The notes under the pieces: model-generated
What the model was told of the DNA's origin: nothing
Seen by the model: only the letters and a program-made list of their open reading frames with translations
Database searches by the model: none
Source: Octopus vulgaris
Lineage: Eukaryota
Direction of reading: 5' to 3'
Length of the DNA stretch: 64,000 nucleotides
Assembly: GCA_951406725.2 (NCBI GenBank)
Contig: OX597815.1
Coordinates: 142,476,001 to 142,540,000, forward strand
Translations under genes and position numbers: made by a program
Shown here: positions 13,696 through 25,116 of the stretch, piece after piece
Layout: every line of letters begins with the position of its first letter
Numbering within the stretch: position 1 is the stretch's first letter

Positions 13696-14749
13696 TGGGA
13701 GAAAAAATATGTGTGTTAGCATGTTTTAGTGAGTGTAGAGTCAGGCCAGGAAACCGGATAGTTGAATATATTTGCACACTATCTAGTCGTGTTGGTCCCG
13801 GAGGTATCTTTTGTATCCATATCAGTGAGAACAATGATAATTGAAATAAAATTTCTGAAATTTGGACAGGTGCTTTCAAAACCACTACTGGTCTGTAAAT
13901 ACTGCAGAACGCCGGCGGAATTAAAGGAACGAAAAAGATAAGCTGGTTTGAATGGAGATCACGAAAAGAGCACGATTAATAAAATGGAATGCTAGCAGTG
14001 CAAATATGCGTTGCTGACAGGCGACGACAATAAAAATATTATCGCAAGTATATAAAAAAATGGTTTACATCAATATCATGAGAGTAGACATCGCAAACGT
14101 TAGAGGTGAATCAGCAAGTACTTCATGACAGTTTCAGGGAATTAGTTTTGTTATTATCCTTGCAAATATTGTACATATAACATGCTGATGGTTAAAGAAA
14201 GCCAGAAGATGAATTTTAATATTAAAATGAATAGCAATTCAAGAGATCTGGATATGGCATGTGGTATTGACTATTAATAGAAATTTTGTTTTCGTTTGAA
14301 GGCATGTTTGTTTGAATATCACAAGCCACTAGGTTGGTGTGCAATGTGCGGGAAGTCTTCTGAGAGTGGGACACAGCCTGAGCTTTTGTTAAAGGTCACT
14401 GAAATAGGGGATCATTTCATTGAACTTTAGACCATAGCGCTCCATATTGCGCGCAATATGATCCATATTGGCGCAGGACTTTGTCCTGGTTTGTCTCCTG
14501 GCCATGTCAGTAGAGTCTGTGAGGTGCAGTGCAAGCCTTTATTGGACTTCATTTTAAGTTGTTCAATCGCCGGGAAGACGATTTTCGAGCACTCAGTTGA
14601 GTAGAAGAGCAATGACGAGCATCGAAGCCGAGGAAGTGAACGCCAAGAAAGCCGACTGCTTTTGCAATAACGTCTTGCACGGCTTTCACTGGTATTTAGC
14701 GTGAGCAATAGTCGGTAATGACCTTACTTCCTCAGTCTCTAGGAGGTAG

Positions 14750-14805
<56 letters not shown>

Positions 14806-14810
14806 ATATA

Positions 14811-15667
14811 GTGAGAATTTACAAAAAAAAACAAGACGAAGACGGGGGTGTAAACAACAAACAGATATATTACTTTAACGCTCGGGAGGTGAGAATGTCT
14901 TTTACCGTTTGGAGCCTACGCTTTCGACATAAAGGAACACGGAAATAAACAGGGAGAGAAAATAAAGAAAAAAAGTTTAGTGGCTAGCGATCTATCATGG
15001 CGAATACCGGACAGAGGGGTCACACAGGAAAGCTAGGAAGAAGGAAATTAATAAAGTAGTCGTGATCCCCAAACGAAGGTGCGCGTGCGTATGTATGAGA
15101 GAGCGTGTATGTGCGTGTGGAAGGGGGCTGTTGACCTTGACGTGTAAGTGTGTACATGTGTAGGGGTGTGGGTGATGGGATTGGTGCTGGGAAGTGGTCA
15201 GTGCTAGTTCGTGCGGGGTGAGGTGATGTGGTGTAGTGTGGTATGGTGGTATGTGGTGTGGTGGTGTGTGGGTTGTAGTGTGTGGTATGGTGGTGTGTGG
15301 GTGGTAGTGTGTGGTATGGTGGTGTTGAATTGTGGGGGAGCCGAGAGTGGATGAAAGAAGGGTGGGGTGTAAGAGATGTAATGGGATGTATAGGGATGGC
15401 GGGGTTGAAATTTGTAGGAGTGGGGTAACGAGGGAGGGGGCGATGAAGTGAGAAGGTGGAAGGAAGATGGGTAGGAGTGAAGACACTAAGTAGGTCTCAG
15501 AGCAAGAGAGGAGAGGTGGGTGGGAGGGGGTAGGTGTGAGAGGAAGAGAGGAGATATATATGGATGTATGTGTGTATATACATATATCACTTCCCGAGCG
15601 TTATACTAATATATCTATTTGTTGTCTACACCACCTGACTTCGTCTTTTGTTTCTTTTGTGAATTTT

Positions 15668-15670
<3 letters not shown>
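14811..15670. mobile_element. PLE-derived element with ~80-bp inverted termini and a GT/GGTGT-rich interior, inside (TA)n
   Basis: 14811-14892 is an imperfect reverse complement of 15587-15670; decayed hammerhead-like motif at 14904-14930 (-). Confidence 0.65.
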
Positions 15671-15699
<29 letters not shown>

Positions 15700-15702
<3 letters not shown>

Positions 15703-15835
15703 CAGGATCAATCAACCGAAACTGCTAGGATGATCCGGTTCCTGACTGAAGATTAGAGGCTTCGAATGACCCGTCCGTTTTTTGTGTCGTCTCTTTGTGT
15801 GTTTTGCGTTCTTGTCCCATTCTGTATTTTTATAT
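15700..15835 (+). mobile_element. Short repeat terminus between (TA)n tracts, probably PLE-type
   Basis: Bounded by TA runs, contains CCGAAAC, T-rich tail like the neighbouring termini. Confidence 0.35.
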
Positions 15836-16051
15836 ATAATTTTTATACATATATATATATATATATATAATAATATAATAAATATTAGGGAATAAATCCA
15901 AATTTACAGGGAAAAAATCAGATTTAGGATTAAATCCAATTTTATAGTAAAATATTATATAATATTATTAGAGACAAAACCACTATTTTGCAAAACAAAC
16001 AAGGAAAGACTTAATCAATACATAAAATTTTAATAAAAAGTCAAAAAAACG

Positions 16052-16094
16052 CCACTACAATTGTTTCTTGTCTTGATCGACAATCTTCAGGTGG
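16052..16094 (-). ncRNA. Minimal type-I hammerhead ribozyme (mirror copy)
   Basis: Exact reverse complement of 16143-16185. Confidence 0.85.
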
Positions 16095-16142
16095 ACTTCC
16101 AATAAGTCAGTTTCAAATTATTGAAACTGACTTATTGGAAGT

Positions 16143-16185
16143 CCACCTGAAGATTGTCGATCAAGACAAGAAACAATTGTAGTGG
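16143..16185 (+). ncRNA. Minimal type-I hammerhead ribozyme
   Basis: CCAC-CUGAAGA-UUGUC(GAUCAA)GACAA-GAAAC(AAUU)GUA-GUGG: full core, stem I 4 bp, stem II 5 bp, short stem III with palindromic loop, predicted cleavage after A16181. Confidence 0.85.
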
Positions 16186-16269
16186 CGTTTTTTTGACTTT
16201 TTATTAAAATTTTATGTATTGATTAAGTCTTTCCTTGTTTGTTTTGCAAAATAGTGGTTTTGTCTCTAA

Positions 16270-16352
<83 letters not shown>

Positions 16353-16779
16353 TAATGTTTGTTATGCTACAATAAATTCAATCTTTCATTAAATTAACGG
16401 ATTATTCAATACATTTGATTGATTACGAATCTAATATTACGTAACAAAAATAGTATTGACTGTGACGTCGTAGTTTCGGCCGGCGATGCCTTCATAGGTT
16501 TGTGGTGCATTTGAGCTAATCTTGACTGTGTTAAGTTAAGTTTGCTAATCTAATAGTTTCGTCTTCACAACGCGATGTGGGTAGCTGTAAATGTTGTTGG
16601 TCAGCATATGTGTCACTTGGAGTTCCTTTTTCAAGAAATTATTTGGTCCCTATTTTGGAATTTCATCCATAGCACATTGAGAGGGAAAGTTTGTAGGCTA
16701 TTTCGAAGGCTATTTTTAACCTCTATGACCTTAAATTGACACACCTAAACATACACACCAGACCACAAAGTTATATAAT

Positions 16780-17500
16780 CATGAATAAATTCTAAACAAC
16801 AACATATCCCCAACTTTAATCAATGAAAATTCTTCATAAAGCCTATTTTCTTTTATGATTTTTAGCACAAAGATTGTAGTCATGCTGGTGGCAACGCCAG
16901 TATTATCAGCTTTTTATTGGCCGTTCTTTTCTTATTAGCTTGTATGTATATTTTCATATGTATATATGATTAATCATGTGTGTGTGAGTGTACGTATGTA
17001 TATGCATTTGTATATATATATACAAAAAATAATGTCTAATATATGTATAATTAACTATCTAAATATGGGTATAAATATGTTTATTACCTCCAAAGTTTAA
17101 AATAGCACAGGGAAGTCATAGGTGTCTACATGTTACTGTAGTTTAGGAATGCTTAAGTAGTATGGTATTCATTGATGTAACTATATTACCTAGTGTAAAA
17201 ATTGGCATATTATATTATTTAAATGGAACATATAAATGCAATTAATTCCCTCTTTACCTTCTTGAGGACCAAGATGTTTCTTAAAATTCCTGCCTTCTCC
17301 AATAACACTGACTATGTCATTACTTGCATAGATTCCATGTCTTAAATTTGGATGTTCGAAACTTTTGGAATGATTTTATTATTGTACATGGCCAAGAGAT
17401 ATCTTAAAAGGATTCAGAGAGAGTCTATCGTTAAATGCTAGGCATTTAGTGTTTCTACATTTGGCATTTGAACAACTTCAGTTGAGTTACAAAAATAAGG
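16780..17500 (-). mobile_element. Highly decayed Penelope-like GIY-YIG region and terminus
   Basis: Minus KCRNTKCLAF then HGIYASNDIVSVIGEGR; decayed hammerhead-like CTGATAA-TACTGG/CCAGCA at 16881-16909. Confidence 0.4.
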
Positions 17501-18039
17501 AATATATAAGAATTTTATAGTCTGCAACATCTAAATTATTTGCGGTTTCGAATTTTCATCTATGTTGCGATTTCCTTAAGGAAATCATCCATTTATTGTT
17601 CAATGCTAAAGCCAGAAGCATTACAAGTCGGTTCACATATTTTACATCCATTATAGTTATTTTCAAGAGTAATGGAATCATATTAAAAATATTTCATGAA
17701 GAACGGTTCAAAATAGATAGATCATTTGCTGACATGTAATAGTTAATGTTGAATTAAAAAAGAAAGTTAGTGCAGTCTCAAATACCTGCTATACGAATCG
17801 ATGATATTTCAATTAGATTTGCTGCATCCATAATTCAGTCTTACACTTTTCTCCACACGTTAAGGACTCCCCTAGCCCTAAGCACCTAGAAAATATTTTA
17901 AATGAAATATAATGTAAAATGAAATACAACAATGTAACATTATGCGTCACATAAAAAGATCTAAACGTAAAAAAAACATTTCATGCATATAACCATACAT
18001 AATTTTATGTATGCATTTGTTTGTATATATATATATATA

Positions 18040-18400
18040 CAGGATGAGTGAAAAGTAAGTATGCATTAAAAATTGGTAATAGCATCAGTATTCCTTTTAC
18101 AAATTTATTGAAACAAATGATACATGTTCTTTATTACATCGGAAAATGAACGTAAATCTTCATATTTCAATGTAATCAACGTAATTTTCGAGCATCAGAA
18201 GATAGTGTTTCGTATTCATGACTTCACGCAGAATATATGGACTGACGACTCTTGTTGACGTCAGTCCGTACCACACGTTAACATTTGTTGGAGCTTGCAT
18301 CCTCTCGAACATTATGTTCGAATCCTTATCACACCACGCCCAGTTATGGCAGTTGTGACGCTTGATGAAACCACCAACATGGAATAGAGCATTCTTTATT
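18040..18400 (-). mobile_element. rosa/DD41D-type Tc1/mariner relic
   Basis: ALFHVGGFIKRHNCHNW...VNVWYGL..RVVSPYI...YLLMLENY; TA|CAGGATG terminus at 18040. Confidence 0.7.
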
Positions 18401-18714
18401 TGCATTAAGATATCTATATTTACATCTACACTTGTTCTGATCAATAAGTATTAAGACCGTTTACCATAGTAACAAAACTAAAGCAAGCAGAGTAAGCCTG
18501 CTTGCCACAAATTGACCTTAAACGCTGTTGTGCAGGCACACTAAGTTTTAACGTTCTAGCTTACTCCCGCAGTTCACAGCAGAGCTTAGAAGGAAGGTGT
18601 GTAGCGTGAGATCATCGCATTAACCATGACAGGGAGTTGAGCAGAGAATCTGCATCAACGCTTGCCAAAAGCTTTACCGGTTCTGAGGCCTACGCAAACT
18701 TTTCAAAACAAGTT

Positions 18715-18965
18715 CTAGACACAATCTAGGAGATCTTGAGCAACTAAAAGCGAGTGCCTTTTTGGTCAGCTGAAAGCGGTTTTGGCACAAACTTGGCAGT
18801 CACGCGTCTCATAACCAAATCTTCAGTGATAATGTACTGGTCTGAACAGTAACTAATCTGAACATTACCTGACCCCACACAGATTTGTCGATTTACCTCC
18901 TTGCAGCACTCACAACTGCAATGTTTTTCTCAATTTTGCTAGTTACAGGTCAGAACACCGGAAAA
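18715..18965 (-). mobile_element. mariner fragment (irritans-like N-terminal region)
   Basis: QISY..QYIITEDLVMRRVTAKFVPKPLSADQK..VAQDLLDCV. Confidence 0.75.
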
Positions 18966-19576
18966 TTTTGTCATAGTTACAACTCGTACAATGGTGTGCA
19001 ATGTATACTTTGACATGTTTTCCACAGCTGGATGACCTTTCTAATGCAAAACACTACTGTGTGTACTGGGTGTTTTTCTTTAAGCTGCACTGGCATTAAA
19101 GTGTAGTACTGGGACTGTGGCTTTATACCAGGTGTTGATAAAGGGACAAGTACAAGTCTCTTGCTGTGGAGGAGATACATGGCTATCCTAGTTGGAGAAG
19201 AGAAAAGACAGTGGTAAAAATATGTCAAGGCATACCCTCAGGTGAATATAAGAGAAATGGTTCAGAGGATCGGAGAGGTAGAATGAGTAGATAACTAAGT
19301 TGGTGATAGTGTGAAAGGAGAGTGGCAGATTGATGGAGATGCGGATAGAGGGGAATGCAGTGAGGGATGAACATGGATTGGGGAGTGTGGGTAAGAGGTT
19401 CATCTGTGTGTGTGTTATAAAAATAATTTCTAATTTAGGAACGTGGTTAGCAGTTACCAGGGTTGGAGGTTAGTTGGTAAAATTGATCATGGTTCTTACC
19501 TGGTACTTAATTTTATGACCCCCATCAGAAGGATGGGAGGAAAATTGACCTTGATGGGAACAAAGCTCAGAATATA

Positions 19577-21216
19577 CACATGTGTCGGAAATTAATTAGC
19601 ACTTCTCAAATTTCTACATTTTCTTACATTTTCTTAATTTAATTAACTTATTATCAGAAACGAACTCGTTTATAATCAAAAATTTATTAAAACATATCCC
19701 AGCACACCACATAATTGTTATTAATCGTGAAATTTAGTCAATATCTTGTTGCTCCTCCTTTGGCAGCAATGACAGCTGCTACGCGGGTTGGCATGCTCTC
19801 TATGAGTGCCTGCAGGTACTGTGCAGGGATGGCCCTCCATGCAGCAAGAAGTGCCCCAAACAGCTTGTGTCGGTTCAGGTCAGGTGACTGGCCTGGCCGT
19901 CACCCCATGGTCCTTGAAGAAACCGGTTGTGAGCTTGGCTGTGTGGGAAGACACGTTGTCCTGCTGGAGCACGTACTCCTCGCCACCAAAGAGGTATCCC
20001 GTACTATCTCAACGTACTTTGCTGCGTTGATGTTTCCTTCGACGGCATAGAGCCACCCAACACCACTGTAGCTGAACGCCCCTCACACCATCAGACCACC
20101 CCCACCATGCTTCATGGTGAGAGCAATGCAGTCTTTGTTGAAGCGCTCACCCCTGCGGCGTCGCACATGGACAGGCTTGTCACTGACGAGACTGAATCGC
20201 GACTCGTCAGTGAACATCACTGTCCACCACTGCTGCACGGTCCATGTCTTGTGGGCACGGGCCCAGAGCAGCCGCCTCTTCCAGTTTTGGGCTGTAAGGA
20301 GCGGCTTATGGGCGGCCCTACAGGATTTTAGACCAGCTTCCAGTAATCTGGTCTTGACGGTGGTTGTAGACAACTGCTTCCCTGTCATCTTTTGCATCTC
20401 CTCCGCCAGTTGCTGGCTCGTTGCCCTTCGGTTGTACAGCGACTTTCGGATCAGCATCCGGTCCTCCCGCTGGGTCGTCAGCCTCTTCCGTCCCCTACCC
20501 TTTTTGTCAGCTGCTGATCCGGTTTCCTCGTATTTCTTAAATAAGCACTGAATTGTGCGCCTGGCTACACCAAGTTTTCTGGCTATTGCAGCCTCCGACA
20601 GCTTTCCACGCCACGAGAGAGCCTCGTACCGTCTCTCCAAGGTCATGCGAGGTCTTGGGCCCATCTAGGAATGAACGATAAAAACCAGTTATTTTCATTA
20701 AAACTATTCATTTGAATAATGTTATGCTATAACAAAACTGCTATGAGTTATTATTCATTAAACAAAAAAGAAAGAAAGCAGAATTTCTCACCTTATTTGA
20801 TGTATAACAGAAAGTTTTGTGAACCAGAAGTGACGTCATCAAGCAGAGTGTAGGAGAATTTGTGAGGAAAAAAAATCTTGCAAATACACAAATCAATTAA
20901 CCTACGAGCTGTTCAAAACGTCTTACGCGATGAGAAAACTTAGTACGGTGTGATTTCGGTCCTTGCGAGGCGCTACCTATATCTATTAAACAAAGGATGA
21001 TTTGTCTGCATCCGCACTCCAAATTGTTGTTGCACTGCTATGTCAACATCATTAGGCTGTAGACTCTCAAACTGCTCTGCAAACAAAGTTACGTCATCGT
21101 TCTGCGCAACAGTGAACTCACAACAAAGCAATAGTTCGAGATATGGCCACTAGGTGACAGCAAATACCTTGAGTGAAGAGAAAATCAAGGGTGCTAATTA
21201 ATTTCTGACGGTAGTG
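19577..21216 (-). mobile_element. Tc1-family DNA transposon (1.64 kb) with imperfect ~25-bp TIRs and TA TSDs
   Basis: TA|CACATGTGTCGGAAATTAATTAGCAC ... GTGCTAATTAATTTCTGACGGTAGTG|TA. Confidence 0.92.
19738..20664 (-). pseudogene. Tc1 (DD34E) transposase, disrupted
   Basis: HTH, GRKR linker, FTDESRF, KHGGGGLMV* (TGG>TGA), QQDN, PGQSPDLN, ESMPTRVAAVIAAKGGATRY*; one stop plus deletions/frameshifts that remove the catalytic E region. Confidence 0.92.
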
Positions 21217-21439
21217 TAGACTGAGAAGAAACATCACAAGGCATATTGACTTATACTCTAACCAATCTTCCAATCAGAAGCGAGCGTTTTACACAACACC
21301 GTGATGTTCTGCAAGCATATTACGCAAAGAAGCACCACGTGTTCCATAACTGATTGCGAAGAACTCAGTTTCTATAGTAACCAACGGTGCCGCTCATCCG
21401 CTCAAGGTGTATAACCACCAAATTGAGTGTAATCAACTA

Positions 21440-21898
21440 ATTGAGAGTACTTCCAGTACGTTAAAGCTTGGAAATAAACGCCGGTGTGAGATACTCCGTT
21501 CCGTGGTTGACTTTTATCTTTGTAAATTTATGTGGAGAAGCAGTTATGAGAAAGATAATTTATTTTATAAAATTCTAGAGTGTATTGCAAATATTCGTCC
21601 TTGAATTTTTTTAATTAATGTCTGTTTTAAGCAATATATTGACTGTTATTTCTAGCAACCCCTATTGGTTTGCTCGTAGGTTTTAAATATTTAATTTGCT
21701 CGTGAATGTTTTCCTGTGTTTCACTGTTTACTTTGCACGGGTACATTTTAATGTTTTGACCGGTATTTCTAGCAAATCCTGTTGGTTTGCTCGTAGTTTT
21801 TAAACATTTAATTTGCTTGCGAATCATTTAACTTTTTCACTTTACTGTAGCTAAAATCCTAAAATCCTTAAAAATGCCTCAGCCCGAAGTCCGCGGCC
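21440..21898 (+). mobile_element. Merlin (IS1016/ISXO2-like) transposon 3' end
   Basis: QLIESTSSTLKLGNKRR..RSVVDFYLCKFMWR...FYKILECIA; two ~70-bp internal direct repeats ~120 bp apart; GC-rich end ...AGCCCGAAGTCCGCGGCC. Confidence 0.7.
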
Positions 21899-23479
21899 AT
21901 GCTGGTTTAATGTTTTTATATTTCGATGTCCCCCACCCTCATCTTTTCTCGCTATGAAAATGACACATTCTGAAAATGACACAAGCTTTGAACTCTTGTA
22001 ACATTTTCGCAAACTTTTTCTGGAATAAATGAATAACATATTCGGATTCAAAAATTACATATATATGATAGCTTAGTATTTTTTTTAAGATTTTGACATG
22101 CAGTGACGATAACCACAAAGATTCGCCATGGGATCATGCATCAAATTAGCAATAACTAATGTACAGCGTATAATACTGTTCTATCCACTGAATATGATCA
22201 CTAATATTGTACGGTTGGTACGCTCATCATAACGATAGTGTAAAAGCTAATATATACGGCAAAATCGCCGAAAAATTTCCGTCACATTCCTTTTCTAGAT
22301 CTGTAAAAGAGATCGAAAACAAAACAAAAGAAATCACAAGAGCATTTCATATCATACATACACACATGGTAACACTATAAGCTATATTTGTCAATGGATG
22401 TAATGTACCAACTGACCCAACGCCAACAGGCCAGGGTCATCATTAACCAGAAGCAAACAACATTCCCTCTGGTATCGCTATCTGACCTAATTCCAACCAC
22501 CACAACAACAGCCTGCTACTGCTACTACAATGGGACCATCACGTTTGGTATTACTTTCTGATTTGATTCCCCCCAGCCATACAGTTGCAAGCTAGGGTCC
22601 GCTACTGCTTCAACAACAACAAAACTCTGTTACTGCTACAACAATAGGACCATTGACCAATGAGTCTGATAATATATAAAAGGCCTCTACTAAGCGCACG
22701 TCAAAAATCATATCGTTACCATTCTCTAGGTAAGTGTGGGTTTGGCCCTAGCGGCACCAACAGCAAGGGACGCTGCCCTTTCCCCCAGTTTATGCTGTAG
22801 ACCTGTTAAGGACACCTGTCCATATCGTATAACAGGAAGAAGTTGCCTTCACCTTTACCCCAAATATTGTCCTAAATACAGAGTGCATGGCCCTCATCCT
22901 AAATATGGATGCATAAAATGCAACGGATGCATATTCTTCCTTCCTAAACGGAGCCAAAATTCTGATTCATTAAGAACGTGCCGGAACCTAAAATTTAACT
23001 ACCACCATCTGGATGGCACAAAACGAAGAGAAAATAAATATAAACAACAACAGAGGAGTGCGACAACAACAACAAAAGCAAAACAACCATATTTCACCTC
23101 CTAAAACCAAACAATGAAGACAGAACTATGAAGAAACCATAACACCAGATAATATAAACATGAACAGTGTATCATCTGACCAAGCGGAAAAACAATGAGG
23201 TACTAACTTATCTAGAAAACATGAAAGCTTACCTAAACCAGCATATCCAACGAGTTATCAGCAATCGTATATGCAAAACTCAGGGTACACACACTCAACA
23301 TCAACAAGAACATCACTCCCCACACAGAACTCTGTACGAAACTACCTTCATCACTGATAACTCTGAACAACATAACATAAGTCTAAACACTTAGAACAAT
23401 ATAAATATCAAACTACCATTGCCTTGACATTCCTGCTAAATATACGTGACGTCAACCCATCACTCACGACCCATATGTC

Positions 23480-23625
23480 CTGAGCTCAAATTCCGCGAGG
23501 TCGACTTTGCCTTTCATCCTTTCGGGGTCCATAAAATAAGTACCAATTGCGTAATTGGGTCGATCTAATCGAGTAAACTCCTCCCCGGAAATGTTGGGCC
23601 CTGTGCCTAGAGTGGAAAAGAATAA
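23480..23625 (+). mobile_element. SINE family A, 5'-truncated
   Basis: TCAAATTCCGC-GAGGTCGACTTTGCCTTTCATCCTTTCGGGGTC core shared with many copies in the window. Confidence 0.85.
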
Positions 23626-23654
23626 GAAGTTCTATCAGTTTTTACAACGATAAA

Positions 23655-23878
23655 CATCGCCCTGTTCAAGCCTAGTCAGGCTCATGGGTCTGGTTTCCCT
23701 GTTTCTATGGCATATGTGCTCCTCAGCTTGTTACTCATTTTTGCCAGCTCATTGGACTGGAGAAACGTGAAATGAAGTGTTTTGCTCAAGAACACCAGGC
23801 ATCGCCAAGGCGAGGAATCGAAACCACTATCTTACGATCATGATGCTGACACCCTAACCTTAAGCCACGCGAATCCAC
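23655..23878 (-). mobile_element. tRNA-derived SINE family C
   Basis: Minus strand has A-box-like GTGGCTTAAGG and B box GTTTCGATTCC. Confidence 0.75.
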
Positions 23879-24143
23879 ATCAGTTTTTTACAACGGAAGT
23901 GAAATCTAATATCTTCATGTCGTCTGAGTTGAAAAGTTTGAAGATCTCTCGCTGAACTAAGGAGACATTTCCGGCCAAATAACACGTAGGCTATCTTTAG
24001 ATATCTTCTTGTACTTTTCAACTCTTAGTGTTCCATAATATTAGCGTGTTTGTATGCTTTTAGTTTTTAAATACTTTGGTGCCTATGTGTATGTACTTTG
24101 TGAGTGCAGGTGTTCAGAAAAAAAATTATATATTCGATTAATA

Positions 24144-24194
<51 letters not shown>

Positions 24195-24229
24195 TTCTGT
24201 ATATCTTATCTGTGTATCACTATCTTTAT

Positions 24230-24422
24230 TCTATTATTCTGATTTGTTTCAGTTATCTGATTCCGCTTTGCTGTAGCACCGCCTTTAGTCGAAGAACTCG
24301 GCCCCAGAACTTATTCTTTGTAAGCCTAGTACATATTTTATCGTTCTTTTTTGCCGAACCACTAGCTTACAGGGACGTAAACACACCATCATCGGTTGTC
24401 AGACAGAAGCACCCACGCACGC

Positions 24423-24497
<75 letters not shown>

Positions 24498-24642
24498 CGG
24501 ACGTCTTTGAATTTCCGTCTACCAAATCTACTCACAAAGTTTTGGTCTGCCCGAGGCTTTAGGTAAAGATAGTTAGCAAATCTGCCACGCAGTAGCACTG
24601 AACCCAGAACCATGTGATTGGGATGCAAATTTCTTACCACAG
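24230..24642 (-). mobile_element. SINE family B with internal (TA)n
   Basis: Homologous to 24686-25116 and 45317-45669. Confidence 0.85.
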
Positions 24643-24685
24643 ATGCATCTTTTTTTTATAATGCGTATCAATGCGTAAACACTAG

Positions 24686-25116
24686 AGCACAGGCGTGGCT
24701 ACGTGGTAGGAAGCTTGCTTAGCACCCACATGGTCCTGGGTTCAGTCCCACTGCGTGGCACCTTGGGAAAGTGTCTTCTACTATAATCTCAGGCCGACCA
24801 CAGCCTTGTGAGTGGATCTGGTAGACGGAAACTCAAAGAAGACAATCGGTTGTTGTGTGCGTATGTGCGTGTGTGGTGCGTGCGTATGTATATATTTAAT
24901 TATATGTGTGTTTGTGTCCATGTCTGTTCCCCCCCCCAGCAGCGTTTGGCAACCGATGTTGGTATGTTTATATCCTCGTAACTTAGTGGTTGGCAAAATA
25001 AACCGATGGAATAAGTACTAGGTTTACAAAGATTAATTCTCAGAGTTCATTTCTTCGATTAAAACGCTTTAAGGGAATGCTCCAGCGTGGTCGCATTCTA
25101 ATTACTGAAGCAAGTA
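24686..25116 (+). mobile_element. SINE family B (tRNA-type head)
   Basis: GGCGTGGCTACGTGGTAGG...GGTTCAGTCCCACTGCGTGGCACCTTGGG; internal (GT) tract. Confidence 0.85.

Larger units (their letters stand above)
15956..16281. repeat. Perfect palindrome, 161-bp arms with a 4-nt spacer (inverted PLE pseudo-LTR pair)
   Basis: 15956-16116 is the reverse complement of 16121-16281 with no mismatch seen; spacer ATTA. Confidence 0.95.

Noticed and set aside
14995-15486. 163-aa His/Pro/Thr-rich ORF
   Set aside because: Reverse complement of the GT-rich interior of a repeat element
23800-23878. Real tRNA genes at SINE heads (also 49392-49447)
   Set aside because: No complete cloverleaf or acceptor stem; they are SINE promoters
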